Source: an uncultured Candidatus Saccharibacteria bacterium (GTDB lineage Bacteria; Patescibacteriota; Minisyncoccia; UBA10092). Taken from it: DNA of 43,227 nt. The notes under the pieces are model-generated. The model was not told the DNA's origin, searched no databases, and saw only the letters and a list, made by a program, of their open reading frames with translations. A program made the position numbers and the translations under genes. This document shows, one piece after another, positions 1 to 6,988 of this stretch (position 1 is its first letter; the number at the start of each line of letters is the position of its first letter). The stretch is from the NCBI GenBank assembly GCA_964553885.1, contig CAZKLP010000001.1, forward strand, positions 1-43,227, given 5' to 3'.

Positions 1-326
1 CGAAAGGATTTTTTCTGGCTCCTTTCTGGGATGGTTACCGGCCCGCTAAACTTACCGCCGTTTTAAAAAAGAAGAGCGGGAATTTCGGGGTCTTCTGCTA
101 CCTGACCATTCCTCCGACGGTTCAAGTACTCCCCGATTCAGTCGTTATCTATGTTCTTGAAAAGACAATGGCAGATGAAAAAGAAATTTATCTGATACCA
201 GGCGATACCGCTATCCGCATTGAATTTTCAGCCGGGACAACGATTCTGGAAAACGCGCTTGAAGACGCCGTTCCTATTACGCTTGCCGATTTTTTGCGCT
301 CAAGAAAACTCATAAAAGAGGAATAA
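1..326 (+). CDS. 3' end of an unknown protein (5' part lies outside the window)
   Basis: The frame phased from nt 3 is open from the window edge to TAA 324-326 (...EKTMADEKEIYLIPGDTAIRIEFSAGTTILENALEDAVPITLADFLRSRKLIKEE*). It is missing from the ORF track only because the longest Met-initiated piece is under 60 aa. A hairpin terminator follows. Confidence 0.5.
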   Translation, partial: KGFFLAPFWDGYRPAKLTAVLKKKSGNFGVFCYLTIPPTVQVLPDSVVIYVLEKTMADEKEIYLIPGDTAIRIEFSAGTTILENALEDAVPITLADFLRSRKLIKEE

Positions 327-336
327 ATTTATAATT

Positions 337-371
337 AAACTAACCAAAGATCTGGTTAGTTTTTATTTTTT
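337..371 (+). terminator. Intrinsic terminator hairpin
   Basis: AAACTAACCA (337-346) pairs with TGGTTAGTTT (353-362) around a 6-nt loop, followed by a T-rich run (TTATTTTTT). Confidence 0.65.
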
Positions 372-547
372 AAATTATTCCACTTGCAGACAATCGTCTT
401 TAATTGGTACAAAAAGATTTTCAGACAATACGCCATCCGAGTGGCGTATTCAACAAAGCCCTGCCAACTTAATAAAAATAATGTAATATTTATTAAAACT
501 TACCACTTAATAACCGATCGGAAATTAAGTAGTTAAATTTTATTTTG

Positions 548-775
548 CGGTCTGCCTGTAGTTTTGCCGAAGGCGGGGCGAGGCATTGACTTTTCCAACG
601 TGATGGAATTATACAACTCTGCTTGAACGGTTTTCGCTCCGACGCAAGGTCGGAGCGAGGAAAGTCTTCCCGCCTGCGTGGCCGAAGCCACTTCGGCGAG
701 GCTGGGGAGCCGCACCGTCTTCAACCCTGAGGGTCTCAGACCCGAATGGGCTAACAATTTTCCCGCTACATATTT
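548..775 (-). ncRNA. GC-rich, hairpin-dense element of unknown class (candidate structured RNA or repeat cluster)
   Basis: Local GC is far above the surroundings. Helices include a perfect 9-bp helix 635-643/649-657, GUGGC-UUCG-GCCAC on the minus strand (678-691), 700-711 and 731-743. The only ORF (533-757) is low-complexity A/R/P/G. Strand is assigned from the cUUCGg loops only. Confidence 0.4.
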
Positions 776-781
776 AAAACT

Positions 782-946
782 TTAGAAGGCGGGATTGCGT
801 TTTGTAACTTCGCTTTGCTCAGACAAAACGGGAACAAGTTTTTCTTTGGCGGCATACTCTTGCAGCTCTACGAGCTGCGCTTCAATACTTAACACCTGTC
901 TTTCGTCCTCCTCTGTGCTTTTTCTTGCGTAAAGTATATATCTCAT
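782..946 (-). pseudogene. Serine recombinase (resolvase/invertase catalytic domain) N-terminal remnant, 54 codons
   Basis: ATG 946-944 to TAA 784-782 gives MRYILYARKSTEEDERQVLSIEAQLVELQEYAAKEKLVPVLSEQSEVTKRNPAF*. YARKST..(D/E)RQ..SI..Q is the N-terminal catalytic-serine motif of serine recombinases. No continuation exists in any frame downstream. Confidence 0.7.
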
Positions 947-1018
947 ATTTTCGTTGGGTTAAAGATTAAAAAATTTTCTTCCCCCAAAATTAAAATATGG
1001 TTCGAGCCGATGTGATAA

Positions 1019-1101
1019 TGCGCAGGGAGGGATTCGAACCCCCGAAGCCCGAAGGCGCGAGATTTACAGTCTCGTGTAATTGACCGCTCTACCACCTGCG
1101 C
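1019..1101 (-). tRNA. tRNA-Tyr (GUA), class II with long variable arm
   Basis: Hand-folded cloverleaf. Acceptor GCGCAGG/CCUGCGC, D stem GUAG/UUAC, anticodon stem CGAGA/UCUCG with loop CUGUAAA, variable arm GCC-UUCG-GGC, T arm GGGGG-UUCGAAU-CCCUC. No encoded CCA. Confidence 0.9.
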
Positions 1102-1104
1102 TTA

Positions 1105-1482
1105 CTATAAAACTTTATACCTACTATATTTAATATTTTCAACGGCAAGTTCATTCCTATACACTACCGATTTCCACGGAATTTCATACAGAGCATTTCT
1201 TTCTGTATAAACAAACAAAACATCAAAAGCATCATCTGAATATTTTTTAGCATAATTATAAGATTGATTTCCTCCTGTAATCCTCAAGCCAACCCGACAT
1301 TGATTTTTACTTTTATAAAGTCCTGCGAATTTAACCTGGACTCGTTTTATTTTTCCTCCCCTCTCTATGATCAAATCATAATGCCTCTTATTGCCGATAG
1401 GCAAACAAACTTCATAGTTATTTTTTATATAATAATTTATTGCCTGCCCAACCGCTAAATCGCCTTTCATTTTAGTATTCAT
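1105..1482 (-). CDS. PD-(D/E)XK endonuclease, homing/group-I-intron-associated type
   Basis: MNTKMKGDLAVGQAINYY...YDLIIERGGKIKRVQVK fits the small PD-(D/E)XK family (Asp in YDL, then QVK as the (E/Q)xK). Start moved from TTG 1491 to ATG 1482 because a TATAAT box occupies 1491-1496. Confidence 0.65.
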   Translation of the reverse strand: MNTKMKGDLAVGQAINYYIKNNYEVCLPIGNKRHYDLIIERGGKIKRVQVKFAGLYKSKNQCRVGLRITGGNQSYNYAKKYSDDAFDVLFVYTERNALYEIPWKSVVYRNELAVENIKYSRYKVL

Positions 1483-1490
1483 ATGAATCA

Positions 1491-1519
1491 ATTATAGCAG
1501 AGTATAGTGCTGATGTAAA
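1491..1519 (-). promoter_or_regulatory. Sigma70-like promoter for the endonuclease gene
   Basis: On the minus strand: TTTACA (1519-1514), 17-nt spacer, TATAAT (1496-1491). ATG at 1482 implies an essentially leaderless mRNA. Confidence 0.5.
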
Positions 1520-1537
1520 TAAAGTAAAAAGAACCAG

Positions 1538-1610
1538 AGCCAACGCGCGGAATCGAACCGCGGACCTACTCCTTACCATGGAGTTGCTCTACCAACTGAG
1601 CTACGTTGGC
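1538..1610 (-). tRNA. tRNA-Thr (GGU)
   Basis: GCCAACG UA GCUC AGUUGGUA GAGC A ACUCC AUGGUAA GGAGU AGGUC CGCGG UUCGAUU CCGCG CGUUGGC U. No encoded CCA. Confidence 0.9.
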
Positions 1611-1611
1611 G

Positions 1612-2151
1612 TTATTTTCCTGCCTGTCCGGCAGGCGAGGAAGATTTTTTAGTTTTTAAAGTTTTTTTGTCGGGCTTTATATCAAAAAATTTTTTAGCTG
1701 CTTCGCTTTTTACGGCGAAACCAACCCTTACCTCCGGTTCTGCTGCCGGCATAATAACCTGTTCCTCTTTTTTCTTTTTAGCAAGTTCTTCCCAAAAATC
1801 AGGGACATTGCTGCCACCGCTGTTATCACTATTGACGTTGATCTTTCCGTTTTCATTTTCTGTTTTATCCCGCTGTGAAATCTTGCTTATTAATTTCATT
1901 AAATAATTGTCAGTCTTTAAAAGAGTCGCTCGAAACCTGTGAAGCAGTTTTTGAGTAAACGAAAGTGATTGGTTTTTAATATTATCCATGGGCAGTTGAT
2001 TGATCCACCCAATAAAGCGCGCTTTAAACTTAAAATGAAAATCATTATCATTTTCTTCGTCATCGAGAAATTCAGATAAATGATTAGAAGTAATATATAC
2101 AATGCCGCCAATGGCAGTTATCAATAAAGCTACAGGAATTAAATTAAACAT
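1612..2151 (-). CDS. Hypothetical membrane-anchored, Lys/Glu-rich protein
   Basis: N-terminal TM helix (LIPVALLITAIGGIVYI) and no recognisable domain. The last codons run through a GC hairpin (1619-1635). The stop abuts tRNA-Thr. Confidence 0.5.
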   Translation of the reverse strand: MFNLIPVALLITAIGGIVYITSNHLSEFLDDEENDNDFHFKFKARFIGWINQLPMDNIKNQSLSFTQKLLHRFRATLLKTDNYLMKLISKISQRDKTENENGKINVNSDNSGGSNVPDFWEELAKKKKEEQVIMPAAEPEVRVGFAVKSEAAKKFFDIKPDKKTLKTKKSSSPAGQAGK

Positions 2152-2158
2152 AATATTA

Positions 2159-2614
2159 CTAATTACTAATTTCTAATCGACAGAATTCACTAACGCGAAT
2201 GTTTTCTCCTAACTTGGCAATATAGTTTTTTATCAAAGCGTCAACGTTAAAATCTTGATCGCGAACGTATGGCTGGGTAAGTAGCCCGTCAATATCTTCG
2301 GGATTCATAGCCGCAACATGCATTGCAAGCTCATGGCCTAACTCTTGGAACTCTTTATTGTGGGCGACGAAATCCGTCTCACACAACAGTTTTAATAAAA
2401 CGCCGATTTTTCCATTAGAATGAATGTAGGAAAAAACCAACCCTTCGCCGGTTTCCCTTTCGGATTTTTTAGCCGCCACCGCTATTCCCCGCTTTTTTAA
2501 GATTTTTAATGCCTCTTCAATCTTGCCATCGGCATTTTCCAGGGCCTCGCGCACCACGTCAATCGATATCCCGGTTATCTCGCGAATTTTTTTAATATCG
2601 TTAATGTTTACCAT
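2159..2614 (-). CDS. tsf: Elongation factor Ts, short form (151 aa)
   Basis: N-terminal UBA-like motif (IKKIREITGISIDVVREALENADGKIEEALKILKKRG) and core motif (YIHSNGKIGVLL...ETDFVA). Lies downstream of rpsB as in the canonical operon. Confidence 0.85.
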   Translation of the reverse strand: MVNINDIKKIREITGISIDVVREALENADGKIEEALKILKKRGIAVAAKKSERETGEGLVFSYIHSNGKIGVLLKLLCETDFVAHNKEFQELGHELAMHVAAMNPEDIDGLLTQPYVRDQDFNVDALIKNYIAKLGENIRVSEFCRLEISN

Positions 2615-2714
2615 AATCTTAATTATTTATATATTAACTGAGTTGACAGAAAATTTTTTTCCCACTTCGCTACTAAAAATTTTCAGGCAACTCGTTAAAG
2701 CTCGCCTACTCGCT

Positions 2715-3473
2715 TTAACCTTGAGGCAGTGCTTTTTCCACTTTAACGTTAATAAGAACGTCTCTAACCGAATTTAAGATGAAACTAATGGAACTAAGAG
2801 CAATATCATTAGCGGGTATCGGATAGTTAAACAGGACTGGATTGGAATTGGTATTAATTATTCCTACAACCGGTATTGATTTTTTATTCGCTTCAACTGC
2901 GGCAATTTTATCATAGTTTCCAGAACTTACCCAAATGGCATCCGGTAATTTATTTAAATTTAAAAGACCACTTAAATATTTTTTTAATTTGGTTATTTTT
3001 TCTTCAATTTTTAAGGCCTCGTATTTGGTGTATTTTTCAAATTCTCCGGATTTTTTTTGACTTTCAAGGTCTTTAAGATAATCAATGCGACGCTTAATGG
3101 TTAGAAAGTTAGTTAATGTTCCGCCAAGCCAACGCTCCGTTACATAAGGCATATCAAGCTCTTCGGCAACGGATTTAACAATATCTTTAGAGGCCAAACC
3201 CGTGCCGACAAATAAAATTATTCCGCCCTTCTTTTTAACCGATATTAGAAAATCAATGGCTTTTACAAGCATATCTCTTGACTGCTCAAGGTCAATGATT
3301 TGAAAAACATTCTTACCGGACCAAATATATGGTTTCATCTTGGGATTGCTGTGAGACCTCAAACTGCCCAAATGAACACCGCTTGAGGCCATAACCTCAA
3401 GATCCTGTTTCCCATCGCTTGAAACCGCGAGGGATTCATTTTTTATTTTTACCGAATCTTTATTAGTTGGCAT
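2715..3473 (-). CDS. rpsB: 30S ribosomal protein S2
   Basis: GVHLGSLRSHSNPKMKPYIW, FVGT, WLGGTLTN and the rpsB-tsf gene order. Confidence 0.9.
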   Translation of the reverse strand: MPTNKDSVKIKNESLAVSSDGKQDLEVMASSGVHLGSLRSHSNPKMKPYIWSGKNVFQIIDLEQSRDMLVKAIDFLISVKKKGGIILFVGTGLASKDIVKSVAEELDMPYVTERWLGGTLTNFLTIKRRIDYLKDLESQKKSGEFEKYTKYEALKIEEKITKLKKYLSGLLNLNKLPDAIWVSSGNYDKIAAVEANKKSIPVVGIINTNSNPVLFNYPIPANDIALSSISFILNSVRDVLINVKVEKALPQG

Positions 3474-3526
3474 ATTTTTTCATTACCCAGTAATGACCTC
3501 GTAGATAATACCAAAATAATTTCAAA

Positions 3527-3555
3527 TTGACAAGAGAGCGCCGCAATGCTAAATT
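3527..3555 (+). promoter_or_regulatory. Candidate promoter for rpmE-prfA
   Basis: TTGACA (3527-3532), 17-nt spacer, TAAATT (3550-3555). ATG at 3570 gives a very short leader with no Shine-Dalgarno sequence. Confidence 0.4.
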
Positions 3556-3569
3556 ACTATATACAAAAT

Positions 3570-3806
3570 ATGAAAAAAAACATACATCCTCAATACCATC
3601 CCAAAGCTAAAATTAAATGCATTTGCGGCAACATTTTTACCATTGGTTCAACAAAACCGGAAATTAGCGTTGAAATCTGTTCAAATTGTCATCCATTTTA
3701 CACCGGCAAAGACAAGATTATTGATACCGCCGGCCGCGTTGAACGTTTTAAAAAACGGCTTCAAAAAACCGCTGGTAGTCGTATAAAGAACAAACAATTA
3801 TCGTGA
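3570..3806 (+). CDS. rpmE: 50S ribosomal protein L31
   Basis: [11 protein letters not shown]...C.C....[11 protein letters not shown]...DTAGRVERF. Start moved to the second Met (3570). Stop is TGA 3804-3806. Confidence 0.9.
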   Translation: MKKNIHPQYHPKAKIKCICGNIFTIGSTKPEISVEICSNCHPFYTGKDKIIDTAGRVERFKKRLQKTAGSRIKNKQLS

Positions 3807-4543
3807 GCGATACCGGAAATAATAAAACGATAATTGAAATAAGAGCGGGAGCAGGCGGCGATGAAGCCGGTCTTTTTGCGTCACAGTTGTGGCGGATGTA
3901 CCGCCGTTTTTTCGAGCGTCTCAATTTTAAAATTGAAATAATTGATTCTTCTGGAGGCCAAACCGAAGGCATTAAAAATTTGACGGCCCAAATAGCAGGA
4001 CGGGGAATTTATGATTTATTAAAATACGAAGCGGGCGTTCATCGCGTTCAAAGAATTCCTCAAACGGAAAAAAGCGGTCGCATCCATACCTCTACCGTAT
4101 CGGTCGCCGTGTTAAAAACGGTTTCGGAAGTAGAAATAAAAATTGAATCAAAAGACCTGCGGATAGACACTTTCCGCTCTTCGGGCGCCGGCGGCCAGAA
4201 TGTAAATAAAGTGGAAACCGCCATAAGAATCATCCATTTGCCGACAGGCTTTGTTGTTGCCTGCCAGTCGCAAAGATCCCAATCGCAAAACCGCGAAGTA
4301 GCAATGAATATTTTGCGCGCTAAATTAGCCGAAATGCAAAAGGAAAAAATCACCGGAGAAACAATGGCGGAAAGGCGCGCGCAGATTGGCACAGCCGATC
4401 GCGCCGAAAAAATCAGAACGTATAATTTTCCGCAGGATAGAATCACCGACCATCGCATTGGAAAATCCTGGCAAAGAATAGAAAAAATATTGGATGGAAA
4501 TTTAGAACCTATAATTGAGGCGCTGACACAAAAACTAAAATAA
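3803..4543 (+). CDS. prfA: Peptide chain release factor 1 lacking N-terminal domain 1 (246 aa)
   Basis: PQT tripeptide in [14 protein letters not shown] (RF1-type PxT) and GGQ in [11 protein letters not shown]. The GTG start overlaps the rpmE stop (GTGA). The protein begins at the [12 protein letters not shown] motif, which lies about 100 aa into E. coli RF1. Confidence 0.8.
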   Translation: MSDTGNNKTIIEIRAGAGGDEAGLFASQLWRMYRRFFERLNFKIEIIDSSGGQTEGIKNLTAQIAGRGIYDLLKYEAGVHRVQRIPQTEKSGRIHTSTVSVAVLKTVSEVEIKIESKDLRIDTFRSSGAGGQNVNKVETAIRIIHLPTGFVVACQSQRSQSQNREVAMNILRAKLAEMQKEKITGETMAERRAQIGTADRAEKIRTYNFPQDRITDHRIGKSWQRIEKILDGNLEPIIEALTQKLK

Positions 4544-4591
4544 TACAAAATAAAATTCCTTAGCCCCACTCCTGAAATTTTATTTTGTATT
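4543..4591. terminator. Bidirectional terminator: AT-rich inverted repeat with GC-rich loop
   Basis: AATACAAAATAAAATT (4543-4558) pairs with its near-perfect complement at 4574-4591 (one A bulge). The loop is CTTAGCCCCACTCCT. It sits between convergent prfA and the 4610-5884 gene. Confidence 0.6.
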
Positions 4592-4609
4592 ATTTTAGTT
4601 TTTACTAAA

Positions 4610-5884
4610 TTATTTGCTTTTATTCAGAATATCAATATCTTTTTGAATCCGTGCCGCTTCTGCCATAACATTTTTGGCATATATTCTTGCCGTAAGCGAC
4701 GTACTCCATCTGCCGCCTGCAATGTAAATTTTCGCCGCTTTGCTTTCCGCCGCGTACGTTTGCTTGTCGGCGCCGGACTGCGCCAGCATAAGCCCTGAAG
4801 CAGTAAAAGCATCTTCAATGTTCCAAGGCGATGGAGGTCTATGACCGGTTAGGTTAGCAACCGCTGCTTCGTATAAAATCCACGTTGTAGGTATAAATTG
4901 CGCCGGCCCCATAGCCCCTCCCCAACCATAAGATGGTTTTTTTGATACCGGCGTTGAATCGGGGTTTAATCCTAACGCGCTAGTTATCGCGGCAAAAGCG
5001 TTAAAATCACGAGGATGCATATCGGTTCGCCATGTTCCTTTGCCGACGTTACCTCCCCAATCCGATTCAATTTTCACGATTGCCATAAGAAAAGCGGGAC
5101 GAACGCCGGTGTGTTGCGAAGCGGGAATAGCGCGGCTTAATGCTTCTTCAAAGGTCATCTTAAATCCCATTGCCAACTCATATGGCTGGTTTTTTATCTT
5201 TTCTATATCGGCTTGTGTTTTAGCAATTAATTGTTGATAAAGTTTTTCTTGGCCTTTTGTCGTATCAAGCAATTTTTGCTTTTCCTTTTTTGCCGTTTGA
5301 AGCGCGGTTTTTTGTTTGTTTTGGATACGCTTTAATTGCTCTTGTTCGGTTTTATCGCTCTCCAAATTCTCCTTTTCTGTTATAAGTTTTTCTTTAAGAT
5401 CTTTAATTTTTGATAAAGTGGTGTGAATTTGATTTTGAATATTACTGATAGAGTTAAGATCGTTAAAAAAATCCGAAAACTTTCGATTTTTAAGCAAAAA
5501 CCCCAGAAGCGATCCTTCGTCACTTCTCTGAACTTGCTTCAAATATCTGGCTAATAAAATATTTTGTCCTCCTATTTCCTTCTCTTTTAGAGAGATATTT
5601 TTTTCTTTTTGGCCAATGGCTGAAGCCAATTGTTTTATTGTAAGATTAGTAGCGTCAATTTCCGCTTGCGCTTGCTTTATCTGCAGTTCAAATATGGAAA
5701 TCTGATTTGCCAGATTTTGAGCTTCGGTTTGTTTTTTAGCGATTTCTTGGTTGTATTGTTCTATTAGGCCTTCAAGCTGACTGATTTTTGCATCTCTATT
5801 ATCGGTTTGAGAAAAAACGGATGTTGTAGTTATAAAAATTAAAAAAGACAACAAAAAAACAAATGAATAAATTTTTTTTATCAT
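4610..5884 (-). CDS. Secreted coiled-coil protein with C-terminal lytic transglycosylase (SLT/MltB-like) domain
   Basis: Signal/TM segment, about 200 aa of heptad-like Q/K/E-rich sequence, then ...IESDWGG...GAMGPAQFIPTTW, typical of lytic murein transglycosylases. Confidence 0.7.
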   Translation of the reverse strand: MIKKIYSFVFLLSFLIFITTTSVFSQTDNRDAKISQLEGLIEQYNQEIAKKQTEAQNLANQISIFELQIKQAQAEIDATNLTIKQLASAIGQKEKNISLKEKEIGGQNILLARYLKQVQRSDEGSLLGFLLKNRKFSDFFNDLNSISNIQNQIHTTLSKIKDLKEKLITEKENLESDKTEQEQLKRIQNKQKTALQTAKKEKQKLLDTTKGQEKLYQQLIAKTQADIEKIKNQPYELAMGFKMTFEEALSRAIPASQHTGVRPAFLMAIVKIESDWGGNVGKGTWRTDMHPRDFNAFAAITSALGLNPDSTPVSKKPSYGWGGAMGPAQFIPTTWILYEAAVANLTGHRPPSPWNIEDAFTASGLMLAQSGADKQTYAAESKAAKIYIAGGRWSTSLTARIYAKNVMAEAARIQKDIDILNKSK

Positions 5885-5892
5885 AATTTGAA

Positions 5893-6618
5893 TTATTTTA
5901 TTGTTTTTTCTTTTTCCTCTTTGAGAGTGGCAGCCGCTTTTTCTTCAGATTCGGTTGCCACTTCTTCAACTTTTTCCTCAATCTTGCCGCTTAAGGCTTC
6001 AATCTCAGCTTCAGATCGAGGCGGAGCCACGGATACCACAGAAGCGGAAATATTTTCTAATCTTTCAACATTTTTAGGCAGTTTAATGTCTTTTACAGTA
6101 ATATTGTCGTCAAAAGTTTTAAGAACCGAAATATCCACTTCAATTTCATGAGGTAAATCCGCGGGTAGAGCTCTAACCGCAAACTCTTGCATAGCTTTAA
6201 CCAAAATACCACCGAGATCAGATACAGCCGGAGCGTCTCTTATAAAGACGAGCGGAATTTTAGCGTCAATTTTTTCATCCATTTTAACTTCATAAAAATC
6301 AATATGCTTTATTTCATCAGTTACGGAATCACGGGAAATATCATGTATCAAAACATTTTTTATATTTCCGCCGTCCCGCCCTTGATGAGACTCGCTCCCT
6401 TCGGGAGCGGCAATAAAAAGTTTTATTAAAGTCGTTTCACCTGCGGATTTAAAAACACGGCCGAATTCCTTACCGTCAACGGTAATTGAAACACTTCCCT
6501 CTTTTCCGCCGCTCCTGGTGGGATAAACCACAGCCGGAATCAACCCTTGATTTCTTAGGATTTTCACTTTTTTCCCAAAAATTTCCCTTTTTTTACTGTT
6601 TAATTCTAAAGTTGTCAT
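5893..6618 (-). CDS. rplY: 50S ribosomal protein L25/Ctc with acidic C-terminal tail
   Basis: REIFGKKVKILRNQGLIPAVVY...HIDFYEV. Start moved to MTTLELN (6618) because the upstream extension looks non-native. Confidence 0.8.
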   Translation of the reverse strand: MTTLELNSKKREIFGKKVKILRNQGLIPAVVYPTRSGGKEGSVSITVDGKEFGRVFKSAGETTLIKLFIAAPEGSESHQGRDGGNIKNVLIHDISRDSVTDEIKHIDFYEVKMDEKIDAKIPLVFIRDAPAVSDLGGILVKAMQEFAVRALPADLPHEIEVDISVLKTFDDNITVKDIKLPKNVERLENISASVVSVAPPRSEAEIEALSGKIEEKVEEVATESEEKAAATLKEEKEKTIK

Positions 6619-6919
6619 TTTTGTTATCGCTACTGCTATCAAAATGCAAAACCTCGTCAATTGTAATAACCGGCAAGTCCCTGAACTTTGAAAAATCATT
6701 TTTATACAAATCAGTCAAAACGCCTACGTTGGTAATAACGCCTGTATTGCTTTTAATTAAAGTAACAAGCAAAGAACTTTCGCACTCGCGGCAATCAACG
6801 TGAAGCAGTGAAGTCGCTCCACGGCTTTTTAAGGCCTTAACGTTAACAGAATCGAAAACTGACTTGCAAACCGGACAAGGACCGATAAATTTTAAATCTT
6901 TTTTATCAAACTCCGTCAT
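6593..6919 (-). CDS. Hypothetical four-Cys (zinc-ribbon-like) protein
   Basis: CPVC...x29...CREC. 108 aa. Overlaps the proposed rplY start by 26 nt. Confidence 0.45.
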   Translation of the reverse strand: MTEFDKKDLKFIGPCPVCKSVFDSVNVKALKSRGATSLLHVDCRECESSLLVTLIKSNTGVITNVGVLTDLYKNDFSKFRDLPVITIDEVLHFDSSSDNKNDNFRIKQ

Positions 6920-6957
6920 ACTTTAATAAATTAACATAATATTAAACCACGGTCAAT

Positions 6958-6988
6958 AAAAATATTGATGTCGGACATCAATATTTTT
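6958..6988 (-). terminator. Intrinsic terminator overlapping the stop codon of the dehydrogenase gene
   Basis: A 13-bp AT-rich stem 6958-6970/6976-6988 (AAAAATATTGATG/CATCAATATTTTT), followed by a U-run on the minus strand. Confidence 0.6.

Noticed and set aside
635-666. RNase P RNA on the plus strand. A hairpin followed by GAGGAAAGUC (657-666) mimics P3 plus the CR-I motif.
   Set aside because: About 95 nt lie upstream of the hairpin, too many for P1/P2. No complementary P4 3' strand (GAAGAC...) occurs anywhere downstream on that strand. No CR-II/III/V-like segments are present in the right order. The best tetraloops are on the other strand.
721-745. TPP riboswitch. CUGAGA occurs in the minus-strand reading (GGGUCUGAGACCC).
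   Set aside because: The ACCUGAUCUGGAUAAUGCCAGCG-type second half is absent, and there is no downstream gene on that strand to regulate.
533-757. 74-aa minus-strand ORF across the GC-rich block.
   Set aside because: The translation is low-complexity A/R/P/G/S. It has no start context and coincides exactly with stacked hairpins. I treat it as a by-product of GC-rich structured sequence.
990-1018. GGTTCGAGCC on the plus strand (about 1000-1009), looking like a tRNA T arm next to tRNA-Tyr.
   Set aside because: The flanking bases do not form a T stem or acceptor, and there is no further similarity to the tRNA-Tyr 3' end. It is too weak to call an att duplicate.
3804-3806. Possible UGA reassignment (Gracilibacteria/Absconditabacteria-type code), given the odd release factor.
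   Set aside because: TGA cleanly terminates rpmE (3804-3806), the PfkB kinase (9544-9546) and transketolase-C (10542-10544) at positions consistent with homologues. I noticed no in-frame TGA within conserved proteins.
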